A program made the translations under genes and the position numbers. A DNA stretch of 63,255 bases, counting the filler, from Vannella sp. (taxonomy: Eukaryota), in NCBI GenBank assembly GCA_023345925.1. It is 6 parts of 6 records of this genome, joined end to end, with 100 filler letters (N's around TTAATTAATTAA, not from the genome) between each part and the next. Parts side by side here need not be neighbours in the genome. Positions count along the whole stretch, not along the records: positions 23,256 to 42,932 come from JAJQQN010001149.1; 5 more parts are not named here. One strand, written 5' to 3'. The notes under the pieces are model-generated. The model did not search any database. It had not been told where the DNA came from and saw nothing but the letters and a program-made list of their open reading frames with translations. Positions 24,074 to 36,054 of this stretch are shown here, piece after piece. Within the stretch, counting starts at the first letter, position 1. Each line of letters starts with the position of its first letter.

Positions 24074-24684
24074 ATGCTGGCTCTGTTGACAGTGTTGGCG
24101 TGTTTGGGACTTGCTTGTGGACAACTGGCTCTTATCGATCCTGTGGGGAGAGGGTTCAGCATGGGAGATGCGAAGAGCGGACCTTGTGGGCAATCTAAGG
24201 CCAATCCAGCTGGCCGGGTTGGCTGGGAACAGAGTAAGGATGGGCTATCACGATAGGCCTTTCTTCTTACAGTCCCTTCCCCAGGCTCCATCCAGGAGGT
24301 CAACGTTCAAATCATCAAAGCCAATGGTGGAGGCCTGGTCTTCGATCGATGGTCTTGTGTTCGCAACGGGGATGAGGAGAGCCCTCAAGTACCGTTCCTC
24401 CCTATAGAAGGCGATCTAAAGGCCAGTATACCCGCCCTCGATGACCAAATCTACCGTCTCTTTGTCAGTACGCCAAGCTTGCGTTGCGCAGGACCTGCTA
24501 CACTGCAACTCATCTACGCGACGGAAAATGGCGAAGAGTACTTCCAGTGTCAAGACATTCTTATCACCTACAATGGTAAGCCAGAGCCTCCTCACCTTCC
24601 CACAGAAAGGTACTCATCAACGAAGGCTCCTCGGCTCTGTCCTTGAGTGTGCTCGCCTTGTTCGTTGCTATGGTGCTCTTATAA
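24074..24684 (+). CDS. GPI-anchored X325/Bim1 (LPMO-like fold) protein lacking His (3 exons)
   Basis: Signal peptide, then QLALIDPVGRGF..SGPCG ... ATLQLIY..GEEYFQCQDI, then a GPI-type tail NGSSALSLSVLALFVAMVLL*. Confidence 0.6.
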
Positions 24685-24759
24685 GAGATACCATGTCTAT
24701 AAACCTTGTATCTTTAGTATCAGAAGCCCTGAACAAAGCTGTTTAGTTCGTCAAGACAA

Positions 24760-25763
24760 CTACAAGAAGAAGCGTCGTCGGCTACTCTCGATCTCCTTCT
24801 TCTGGTGCCACTCGTACTCTCCATGTTTGATAGAGAAGGTTCCGCGCTGCATCCAACGAAGTTTGAGTGTGAAGCGAGGGCCCAGCTCTTGAATTCGCGC
24901 CCTTTCAGGTCCATCGAAGATGTAGCGATGCTGACGGACAAAGATGTAGTCACGTTGATTATGGAAAGTGACCACACGACGACCAACGAACTCTGGATCG
25001 TGTGGAAACAAGGACGCGAACATACGACCAACGGTATGGCCCAATCTCGTGCTGAAGTTGTTGAGGATCAACTCTGGGACATGATCTGTAGGGCGACCAT
25101 GTCCCTAATTTGTGTTAGGCACCATCTAAAGGCCAAGGGAGCGACTACTTACGGGGATATTCTTTCGCATGACGAGGTTGGTGATGCGGAATTGCATTGT
25201 GGGGCCCTCAGGGAGATGAACCAGTGTCATTGTATCTGTAGATCGTACATTTGTGAGTGATCACAGAGTGTGAGAAGTACCGGAAGAACCTACGAGGTTT
25301 TCCCTTCGACTCTGAAATGACCATGAGATCAGTGAAATCACGCTCAATGGCACCATTAACAATGTCCTTGATGGTCACAGGAGTCCTCTTTCGATACTCT
25401 GAAACGTCCCATCCGATCACAGACTTCATCTCGAGGGCGAACTTGATAAGATCTTGGGAAGGGTACTGCGTTGTCGTGATCAGAACCTTTGGCTCTGAGC
25501 TTCGATTAAAGTAGGAAGCAAACTCGTCTGTCTGTTCATCTTCGAACACCTAAAAGCCGGGATCAGGCTCTACCGAAGACCACAACCTGCAAACCCACTT
25601 CGCTGTCTCCAGGATCCACCACCGTCTCATCAGCCTCCCTCGCATTATCCTGTGTAATCGGTACAGGCTTTACCTCCTTCCCATCCTCCCCAATGATCTT
25701 CCTCTTCTTCCTCTGTGGCCTCCCCGCACCAGCAGGGCGTCGCCGCTTTCCCGTGTCTGGCAT
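24760..25763 (-). CDS. RPF1: Ribosome production factor 1 (Brix domain); multi-exon
   Basis: [66 protein letters not shown]. Confidence 0.93.
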
Positions 25764-26106
25764 GGACCCCAAAGAAATGGCAAGTGTGGGGAGCGTCTGC
25801 GTGCCGCTTTATTTTGGACTTTCCATGACGAAAGGACCCGGATTTGAAAGGGAGCAAGGGTTCCTGACTTCCCGGTCCCAGGATAGGAACTCCATCCTTG
25901 AAACGTATGGACCCTACCACACATGAGATTCTCAAACTCAACCTACAGAGCCTTACAGAGGTTCCCTCTGGGAGCTTTGTAGTTGGATCTTCCGTGTGAC
26001 ACCCACTAGTTTGTTTTGGAAAACCTACGCAAAAAGCAAAGTTCATGGAAACAGTGAAATGGAATTTAATATAACACTTTGTTCAAAGCCAGTGGTTCTT
26101 GGGTCG

Positions 26107-27385
26107 ATGGGTTGTATCGTCTCGAAGAGCGATGCCTCAGAGGAAGAGCAGAAAGCAAACAAGAAGATCGAGTCTGCCTTAAGGAAAGAGAAGAAGGACT
26201 TGCAGTTCGTCATCAAGCTTCTTTTGCTTGGAGCAGGAGAGTCGGGCAAGAGCACTTTTGCAAAGCAGATGAAGATCCTGTTCCTGGAAGGATACACCAA
26301 ACAAGAGCTCTCCTTCTACAAAGACATTATCCACTCCAACATCATTGTGGGGATGAGAACTATCATACAGGAGGTGGAAAAGCGAAACTGGAAGTTCGAT
26401 GCAGACTCAAAGGTTCGTTGCTTGTTCATTGCAAGGAATGATACCAACACCTTACCCTTTATTTCAGCCATATGTAGAGCTCCTCCTTACCGAGGACCTC
26501 CTGCTAGACCCGGTCATTGACGGAACTATCGAAGAGGGCATCAAGGCGTTATGGAGTGACTCAACCGTCCAAAGGACCTTCTCCAAGCGTGATGAATACC
26601 AACTATCCGAGTCTGTGGGCTAGTAAGTCGTTCGTTCTTGGCATGAAGAGGTCTTCCTCACACACGACAGCTTTTTGGACAACATCGAGCGAATAGCCGT
26701 AGAATCATTTGTACCCTCTGTGGAAGATGTACTGCAAGCACGAGCACGTACGATTGGTGTAAAGGAGATCACCTTCAAAAGCAATAACCACTCGTGGAAG
26801 TACGTGCCACACTGCCACGGAGGGGAACTCGCTAACCTCTTCTCCGTTTATTTGCAGACTCGTGGATGTGGGTGGACAGAGAAACGAACGCAAGAAGTGG
26901 ATTCACTGCTTTGAGGACGTCACATCCATCATCTTCTTCACGGATGCCTCAGCGTACAATCTTACACTATTCGAAGACGATCGCGTCAATCGTCTACTGG
27001 AGGCTCTTACACTCTTTGAAGAGATCTGTAACTGCAAGTACTTCCACACAACCCCTCTCATTCTCTTCCTGAACAAGCGCGACTTGCTCAAGAAGAAGAT
27101 CTTGGAGGTCGATATCGCGGACTATTTCGATGACTATGAGGGTAAGTTCCTAAAGCATACCTGTCTGTTGCGGTCCACTAAACAGATCTGATATCAGGTG
27201 GAAAGGACTACGATAACGCCACGGAGTGGCTAAAGATGAAGTTCACTTCTCTTAACAAGAATCCAGAGAAGTCTATCTTCACGCATCTCACTTGTGCGAC
27301 TGATACGAACAACATCAAGTTCACCTTTGATTCGGTCGCGGAGATCATTCTCATGAAGACTCTGGAAGACAACGTACTGATCTAA
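26107..27385 (+). CDS. Heterotrimeric G-protein alpha subunit (5 exons)
   Basis: MGC N-terminus; LLLGAGESGKST; RARTIG; DVGGQRNERKKWIHCF; FLNKRD; TCATDT. Confidence 0.96.
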
Positions 27386-27463
27386 CTGGAGTAGATTGTC
27401 CTCTGTTTGTAATAAAACCTTCCTTCAACTGACTGAGAGAGTCTGAGCCAGGTTTCATTCACA

Positions 27464-28407
27464 TTAAACGTGGATTCGTGCTGCCACAATGTTGTTCTCC
27501 TTGGCTTGCAGTAGGCGCCTATCTACAACTTCCCAGTTGATGTTGTGCCAAAAGTGTTCTACGTAGCGCTGCAGGATGGTGAGTGCTAGAAGACGCGGTT
27601 GAGACGTCGCCTACCTCCCTCTGGGTGCCGAAATCATTCCAAAAGGCGTGTTCCCACATGTCCAGGCAGATGATGGTCGTGACTGATTCAGCTGTGGCTT
27701 CAGGAGAGTAATGGTCGTGAGTGGAGACAACTTCAAGGTTGCCTTCGCGATCGATCAGCCACACCCAGCCACTCCCGTACATGGCCTCAACATGGCAAAG
27801 AAACTGAAGAAAAGGGTTGGTTAGCCTTGGGTCTCTCCAATGAGAGAACCACTTGCCTCGTGCTTGAGTTGGTCTAGCGTGGTGAAGTTGTTCTTGATCT
27901 GCTCTTTGGAGTAGTCGCTCATCTTGTCGTAGTCAACAGCAAGTCTATCTTGCAGGTTCTCGAAGAACAGAGTGTGGTTGTGGACCTAAACCGAGTCAGA
28001 AGGGGAGCCAGGCGATCATAGAGCCGCAGTTGCTCACGTTTGCGGCGACTGAAAAGAGTTCTGCTTCTCCAGGAGAGTCCAAGATGTTTCGCATGAGCTG
28101 GAGAAGAGAGGGCACCTCCTTGTGGGAAGATTGCTCAACCGACTGGTTGAGCTTTTTAAAGAGGGGCAAGTACGTGTCAAAGTAGTGCCTTGAGAAGGTC
28201 TCCTTGGTCATGAAGGGCTCTGCGCACCTAAGGTTGCGGATATCGTAGCTAACTGGTGGAGGAACAAACAAGCCGCGCTGTCCCTTCGTCAACACTAGAA
28301 CAACCACGGCAAGTAGACCCTACCTGAGAAGAAAGCTGCACTGATCTGGGAAGCGCGCAGCCTCTCAGAAGGTGAGAGCAAGCGAGAGACCGATAGCCGC
28401 TCTGCAT
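27464..28407 (-). CDS. Fe/Mn SOD-fold protein with mitochondrial-type presequence (possibly non-catalytic); 5 exons
   Basis: VHNHTLFF; GSGWVWL; LDMWEHAF; YVEHFWHNINW. Confidence 0.82.
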
Positions 28408-28929
28408 GGAGCCGCCAACAAATGAATGGTTCCCAAGCAGATCTTTAATAACAATAGCAATAAGACCTTTTTTTCGTGTTTTCACCCAACCTCTCGACAA
28501 ACCGGGTTCTCTTTTTTTTGAACCTCCATTGCCCGCGATTATTCTTACAGTTCTCGTGCACTCCCATGAAGTTCTCTGGTACGATGACTTCCCGTTTGCC
28601 AGCATTGCGGAGATCTTCCTCTTGAGTGATCGCCTCTCATTGTGTGGTTGATGATCCAAGTTTGGGACAAAAGATGAGCCAAAAATCTCCAAGTCCAAAC
28701 AAGAAACTCACCATCATGGCTCTGGTTGCGCCAAAGCATTTGTAATTTTACCAGCTTTCAAGTTAAAATCGTGAGATCGGATGGAATCAGAGCAAATGTT
28801 GAAGAAAAAACTCGGATGGTAAACCCATTTTAGGACATTAGATGCAATGGTTGCGCAATGAAGTTCAAATGTTTGGCGAGCCATGGGGAGAGTGATTGTG
28901 AGGCGGGAGGTTTGATTTTCATTTCTCAA

Positions 28930-29739
28930 ATGCAACCGCTTTCAAACTACACGTTCCAGGACTCGTACAATCTTGGTAGCGGCGCTGACGGCCAAGTCAT
29001 CTCAGCTAAGACTAACGAAGGGCAGCCTGTTGCCATCAAGTTTTTACTTCTGGACAATGAGATAAGAAGGAACGTATTTCAAAACGAAGTTTACTTCAGC
29101 CGAGTCTTTGGAGGGACTGTGGCACTTCCAGTTCTTGACGTCTTTGCTGATTTCCCCCGAACCGGCACGATCATCTTTGAAAGAGCTGCCAAAGACCTTT
29201 TGGATGTATTAGAAGTGACTGATGGTGGATACTTCCCCTCCAATCAAGCTGCTCGCCTGTTTGTTCAAGTGTGCCGATTGGTGGAATCTATGCACAATCT
29301 CCGCATTGCGCACTTGGACCTCAAGCCCGAGAACGTTTTGATTGATATCCATGGGAATCTACGCCTTTGTGACTTTGGACGAGCACATCAGTGGAGTCCC
29401 TCTTCCCGACTGTACGATGGGCTTTTGAGCTCCGTCAGCACCAAAGAGTATTCAAGCCCTGAGAGATTCACGAGAAGTGATTTTGATGTCGCAGCTGCAG
29501 ACATCTTTAGTCTTGGAGTCTTACTACATGTCTTGCTAACGGGCTTCTTTCCATGGGCTATGTCTGCGACGCTCAGCTTTCCCACCCCAATGTCCCTTGT
29601 GAACGTACAGACTCAGGATAGACACTGCCTGGAGCTTCTATCGTGGATGCTTCACTCAAATCCTTCACTGAGACCTTCCATCAGTCAAGTCCTTGGACAT
29701 CGATGGCTCTCACGAAACAGTTCTCCCAATCGTTCATAG
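28930..29739 (+). CDS. Ser/Thr protein kinase (CAMK-like), intronless
   Basis: LGSGADG, VAIK, HLDLKPEN, CDFG, YSSPE, DIFSLGV. Confidence 0.9.
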   Translation: MQPLSNYTFQDSYNLGSGADGQVISAKTNEGQPVAIKFLLLDNEIRRNVFQNEVYFSRVFGGTVALPVLDVFADFPRTGTIIFERAAKDLLDVLEVTDGGYFPSNQAARLFVQVCRLVESMHNLRIAHLDLKPENVLIDIHGNLRLCDFGRAHQWSPSSRLYDGLLSSVSTKEYSSPERFTRSDFDVAAADIFSLGVLLHVLLTGFFPWAMSATLSFPTPMSLVNVQTQDRHCLELLSWMLHSNPSLRPSISQVLGHRWLSRNSSPNRS

Positions 29740-29847
29740 CCTTTCTCTGTTATTATCAAATAGAGGAAATAGGTGGCAGCAGTGGTTACTTTTTTCCTTT
29801 GCAATAAATGTAAGATAGCAATGATGCCAAAGAGCCTGTGGATTGTA

Positions 29848-32194
29848 TCAAAGTTGTGAGAAGACATGCTTGTACATTTCTTTTGCCCCACAAAGTCCAT
29901 TGCTCATGGAGACAATCTATGTCAGGTGAGCTGGTGAAGGAGCTAATGAAATGAGAATGGAGCTTACAGTCGCTTTCTCACTCTTGAAGTCTTGGATTTC
30001 TTTCAACTCCATCGCTGTGATTCCTCCAAGGAAGAATATGATGATAAGGGGACTGGATGCCGGGTGGGTCTTGCTACTCAGCCCTAAACGCCCAAATCCA
30101 GAGCGAAGTAATCCACTTAAAGATCCCTCAATCCTCTCAAGATCATGGAATGCCGCAGACTTATCCGCCTGGAATATGTGAGCCAAAATTTGGCTGATCT
30201 GAGACCTGTACTGTGCTGGAGCTGAAGGTGTCTTTTGGCTCAAAAGAGTGTTATAGTCTTTGAGCCCATTCCCTGTGTCGCAAATGAGCCGGAAGAATAA
30301 GGAAATAGAGTTGGTACTGACGATAGATCCGGAGGCTGCGAAGGGAATCTAGGATATCCCTCTCTTCAAGCTCATCAAGTACTTCCATTTTAAGGGCTTT
30401 TGCATGACTTTCGTCTCCATCTCCTTTAATGGCTAGTTTTTGATGTTCTCGTAGCCGCTTCAAAAGATCTCCTTTCATCCAATCCAAGGTTCCTTCCTCC
30501 TGAAGATCCCAGTCAGATGAATTCATCTTCTCCACTTACTGGAGCTTACCTGTGAACGAGCAACGAGAGCTTCTGCTAGTGCATCTTTGAATGCAGCTTC
30601 GTCAGACCACATTTTTGGGTGAACCGACCCGCAAAGTGAGTACGAGAATACAGCAAGCTTGAGAACGAGATGGACAGGGTAGTATTGCTGACTTCCAGGT
30701 ATCGGATGAAGAAGCATATCAGTCAGTTGAGAAGCAACAGTATCCGCATTCTCAGCTAAAGCGTTGAGTTGAATCACCTTCTCGGAAGAAAGTAATTGGT
30801 CCCAAAAGGCCTCTTTTGAGAGCTCCAGCGAGACCAAAGTCGCTTGAATGTACTGGAGAAGCGCGGGATATTTGTAAATCAGCCGGGGATTCTCCTGGAA
30901 TACATCTAAAAAGGATTGCAGCTGCTTCACATTTACCACCCCTCTCATCTTCACAAGGTCAGCTCGTTAAGAGGGTTCATGAGAGTGGGCGTCTCTCACC
31001 ATGGCGGCCACATTAACTTGAATTTCTTCCTCAGTAATGACATCCACCATCTTCTTTCGGAGGGTATTCAGCGAATCCTTGTGCTTTAAAGGTACCATTG
31101 ATGAGAAGGTACTCTGACACTGTCTATCCAGTAAGCGACCAGTGGGAATGGTTCGTTCTGTTGACAGTTGGGGGGATTTGATTGCTTTTGGGAAGACACT
31201 TTCCATGTTCACATGAACATCACTTGATGGTGGCTCCCGAGAGGGAAGGAGAGCCAACATGCGATGTATCAGATGGTCGCTGTGAGCTGTTGGAGCAACA
31301 AGATCCATCGTTCGGTCCAGAACGATGACCGATGCCTCCGTTATTCCCGAGTTGCTGGACAAGGGTGTGTAGTTGGTTGATGACACAACATGCGCTAGAT
31401 ACTTTGCAGAGGATCCGAGGCCCCAAAAGTGAGCTTTGCCGGGCGCTACACCAGCGGCAGACAGTAAAGCAACGAGAGAGCCTGCATTCAAGGCAACCTT
31501 CTCGCGCCAATGCTCTGGCAAGTTATCTGAGAAGAGAACCATACTTTCAGGGTCAATACAACGTGTTGGTGCAGGGAAGAGATCATGTGCACCGGAGGAG
31601 AGGAAGAGATTGCCCTCCATCATCGAGTGAAGGCCAAGTGCAGGCAGATGCCGCACGCTAACGGCCACAGATCCTGTCTTTCTTTGTGCGTATCTCAAGT
31701 TCATATCCTCAAACACGCGTTCCAGGTCCTTCCGGGCGAACCTGGCATCTGTTAGAGGGCTCCCAAGCTTCCAGAGTGTCTCACCCGTAGGCAGTGGTGT
31801 TAGAAGGGCTGAAGTCAGGGCGAAGACCTTCATGAGAGCTATCTGATGCAGCACAGTACACTACAACACTCAAGGTGCCGGTGGAAGCGCCGTCAACAGG
31901 TTCTGGGAAGGTAAACTCATTCACAGCCTGGCGGATGGAGTCCCAGCTTTCCCAAAGGAACCCAGACAAGAAGAAAACAACCTTGCTTGTACGTTGCAGT
32001 TGAATCGGCGGTTCAGCAACGAACGGCAAGGTTCGGTAGAGAAGAGGAGAGAAAGACTTCCAAAAGCTCTCGATCGAGTACAGCACCGACAGCGCATTGG
32101 CAACCGCCTGGTCCACCAACAAGATCGACTGAGCAGTCTCCACACACACCGACTCTAGATTGATCTGGACCGCCTTCTCGAGCCTCTGAGCCAT
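29848..32194 (-). CDS. Sec1/Munc18-family protein, SCFD2-like; multi-exon
   Basis: VIVLDRTMDLVAP; GLLRSGFGRLGL..HP; IFFLGGITAMELKEI. Confidence 0.8.
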
Positions 32195-32224
32195 GGAGGC
32201 AAAAGGTGAAATGAGGAAAGAGGG

Positions 32225-32242
32225 GGGAAATGCGCATTTCCC
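32225..32242. promoter_or_regulatory. Perfect 18-bp palindrome in the divergent SCFD2/STAT spacer
   Basis: GGGAAATGCGCATTTCCC. Confidence 0.5.
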
Positions 32243-32360
32243 GGTCTATTAATAGATACGCCCGAGTTGGCTTGTGTTGATTTTTTCTTTCAGGGAAGGA
32301 TCCCAATTAGAAAGCGCCTGGTGTAGGGAGTAACCTGAGCCATTTTTACCCAGCCTTCCA

Positions 32361-34959
32361 ATGAAGCTGACCCGTAACGTCACTGCACTGGTCAAGTTCA
32401 TTCGGGGGAAGGATGTGAAAGAGGAGGAACAGGAAGAGGAAGAAACACCAACATCCCACAGACGATCACGGAGTCTTTCGCCCAACTCTACTTCTCGCCT
32501 TTCCCCAAAGACCCCGCGGTGTGATGAAGAACCAGACGTACTCCGCCAATGCGACAAGACATGCAAAGCTCTCGAGAAACACGAGATGCGTGTCCGACGA
32601 ACGATATCCACCCCCACCCAAGGGAAGCTGCAAGACCTCCGTGTCCAAGCTTATCACGTGGGCTTCACACCCAGGTGACTGAACCCCACACCATGTAATA
32701 TACTCGCCTTGATCGCTCTTTGGCATTCTTTTCAGGGCCGGGAGGGCATGGCGAACCCCCAGACTCCCCACTTTGACTTTCTCTTTGGGACACCAGAGCC
32801 TCGGGCACCAGTGCCTGTAGGGTCTACTCGTTCTTCTTTTGATCCGTTTGGACCGGGTGCACCTGCAGCGCGGGCTCCGCAGGAGGAGGCGTACTATCGG
32901 TCCATCACTTCTTCGTTGTTGTCGGACAGACCACCAGCAGGGAAGCGCAAACGCATAGAGATAGATCCTATCCATGTGGAGTCTCGAGGGGCAGAGAATG
33001 TGTTCACTGTGCGGCCACCACTCACTCCAACGAGCCCCATGGTTCCGCCTCCCAACTTCACCATGATTCCTTCGACCCCTGGCAACCGCCTCCTTACTCC
33101 CTTTGGTCTCTCTGAGTTCTCTGATGACCTGGACAGTATCATGAACTTCGATCCTTCAGGGGCAAGCGGGGGAACCATGACAGAGGCCGAAGTTCAGTCC
33201 TTTGTTGAGTTCATGTCGTACGTCCCTTTACCACTCTCCACAGCACACTTAACACTCTCATAGTTCAGACCCTGTTGGACAACTGGACTTTGTCCCCTCG
33301 CTGAACCTTGTTGAGGAGGAGTTGGAAGGCGGCTCGCCCATTGCAGCTGTCAGGGTGATCAAGTCCCTCACTTCACGCAGTGAAGCACTGAACGAGCAAC
33401 TCGTAAGTCACTTCTGGCGCCCCTCATCCTGCCACTGAAGAGAGGGGACCATGATAGGACCATTTGCGGTACGAGCAACGCCAACTAGTCATCCCAGTTC
33501 CTCGCAGCGAGTTCGACAAGATAAGTGGAGAGGCCAATGGTATCATGCAAGCCGGTGGGCAGATGCTTGATGAGATACATCACTGCATTTGCGCTGTGTA
33601 CTTGAGTCCTGTCCACCTTCACCAACTCGCTGGGATTGAGCAAGAGGTGGAGATAATCCTCACCAAAGTGCATCTTTACGCTTCTGAACTGATCTATCTT
33701 GCCACTGGAGAGCTATCAGGAGCAGCAGTACCTTGGTAAGTCAGAAAATGTTCTTTTGAGCAACTTTCTCACAGAAAAGGATAGCTTCTGTTCGCTTATC
33801 ATCACTCGCCAACCATTCCCAAAGTCCATCAAACAGAACACAAAGTCTGCTGCTGGGGCAACGGAGGAGCCGATTGTTGTAGAGCTCATCAAGGCTCCCA
33901 AGGCAGATTGTCGCCCCCTTCAAAAGGTCAAGGCAGAGATGAGCTTGGGAGGGAGCCAACCCATTAAAAAGGGCCGCAGGATATCGCTCAGCATGCAGAA
34001 CGACCAGCAACCAATGAGCCGAGAAGGTGTGGCAAAGTTTCCCGATCTTCGTTTCGTTCACGGCACTCGCCTCCTACTGGCTTACTGCCGCTTTGGAGTG
34101 CAAGTTGAATATGTTTTCAATGGCACTGTCCAGCAAGCGATGATTGAAAGCAGTTTCTCCCGCCCTTTCATTGTCATGACGAACGAAAACCAGTGGGAGT
34201 CCTCTGCCGGACTCCTTCTCAAGAACGATCTCTTCTCTGAGCAAATCGGACAGATTCCTTGGTGCAAGGTAGGCCAATCCTGTCACATCGACGCACCCCG
34301 TGTGTCTGACGACCAAGCAGTTTGCCAATTTGCTTCAGCGTCACTATCTCCGTGCTACCCGTCAGGAGGCATCGGACCCCACTCGGCCTTTAAGTCGCTA
34401 CGACTTGGAGCACATCCATGTCAATCAATTCCAGGGGGCAGACACTGTTACTGTGAACAGCTTCACCAAGTTCTGGGACTGGTTCGGGAAGGTTATGCAC
34501 TCTATCCGCCATCACAAGCCCTTCCTGTTCCTCTGGCTGAAAGGGTACGTCTCAAAGACATCATGCACAGCGCACTTACTATCCCCCAGGCTAGTGTATG
34601 GACTCATCTCAAAGGAGGATGCTGAGCGCCTGTTAGAAGGCCAACCAGTGGGAACATTCGTCACCCGATTCAGTGAGAGGAGACCCGGTCAAGTAGCGAT
34701 TGCCTTCTCGAAGAAGGACAGTATCTCAGGCCGCATCACAATCAAGCACTATCTGTACGATCCCCAAACCAATCAAATCAAGAACTTGCCCGACTTCTGC
34801 AAGGAAAAGGTCAATTTGCGCTTCCTCCCGAAGCTGAAGACCGAATTCGTCTCCACTGGAGGGAACATTCACAGCATCATGCACAAGGATGACGCCTTTG
34901 GTGAATACTACACATCTCCTGATGAGCCAGCCATTCCCGGCTACGTCGACGAGGTCTAG
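32361..34959 (+). CDS. STAT: STAT transcription factor, Dictyostelium/amoebozoan type (start at 32361 via splicing or at 32748)
   Basis: Coiled coil; LIITRQPFP; F..GTR; PFIVMTNENQW; FWDWFGK; SH2 GTFVTRFSERRPG; C-terminal PGYVDEV tyrosine. Confidence 0.92.
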
Positions 34960-35456
34960 CCACTCATAAACTGAGTTCCTTGGAGCACTGACCGTTTACC
35001 AACCCACAGCTGGTTCTTGACTTAAGTGCAGGCTATCTACTTCCACTTGATGCGCAATTGGTGCCCTGGGGAAGGGTCTTGCGACGACATCAAGGGTCCT
35101 TGAATGAAAGCTACCCTTTCCCGCGCCCTGGGAACCACTCATGAAGAAGGAAGCTGAGGTTCACATCCCTGGAAACAACGAGCCAGCTCAGCAGTGAGCT
35201 TTTGCGGGAGGAATGAGGGAACCTTCTCTTTCAAGTTCCCAAACTTACGAGCCCTGAGAGGTTACACATTGAAGGTACCCCTCATGAAGGTTATATGGCC
35301 TATAACTACTATGATAGTCCTCTTCTCCTACCGTGAGGGAAGGGTTTGCCTTCGCTCATGACTGACCCCTCTGTTGGTGCGCTCCTCTTCACATTAGTCA
35401 ACACTAGACAGGAGAAAGCTGTTTGTTAAGAGGGTTTGATCAACCTGTTGTCGTCC

Positions 35457-35813
35457 TCAAGCGATCTGATTTGGGGTTGGAGCCCAGATGAAGGACCTGA
35501 CCATTTCCGTGACAGAAGTAACCCAGGCGGTCAAGGATCTCACCATTTCCGGTACAGAGAAAGACCAGGAGTTGATGGAATAGGTGGAATGGGGAATGCT
35601 GCCTGCGTTCCCGGAGAAGAGGGGCTCGTTCACTCTCTGCTGCACTTCCACAGGATCGTACTCCACCTCCCAAGGGCTTTGCGAAGAGACGAATTCCTTT
35701 GCTGCGGAAGCTTGAACCAAAGGTTGGAGATGGCTGCTCCTTCTGGCTGCGACATTGGATGCGAAACGCACAAGCTGGTTGGTGAACCTCTGGTTCTTCT
35801 GCATTCTCTGCAT
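35457..35813 (-). CDS. Small hypothetical protein, possibly mitochondrially targeted
   Basis: 118-aa ORF with an R/S/A-rich N-terminus lacking acidic residues, an internal EMVRS repeat and a CATTTT motif upstream. Confidence 0.4.
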   Translation of the reverse strand: MQRMQKNQRFTNQLVRFASNVAARRSSHLQPLVQASAAKEFVSSQSPWEVEYDPVEVQQRVNEPLFSGNAGSIPHSTYSINSWSFSVPEMVRSLTAWVTSVTEMVRSFIWAPTPNQIA

Positions 35814-36054
35814 CTCTGGTCAACAAAAAATGTTCTGAAATAGAAAATGTTGGAAACTGTTCCGTATTAAATAAATCATTTCTTTTCCTTCGTTTTGCGA
35901 GGGAGACTGATTGGAGCCTTTCTGATTGGTCATCAACAAAAAATTCCAGGTAAAATTCAAAAGATTGAAGAGAGGAAGGAAGATTGATTCGGAAGCCAAG
36001 AGTTGAGAGGTGGCTGGCGCATTGAAGGAGTCCCAGCAGAAAGAAATACCCACA

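Noticed and set aside
35063..35085. CCCTGGGGAAGGGTCTTGCGAC resembles RNase P RNA CR-I
   Set aside because: No complementary CR-V/P4 partner found downstream
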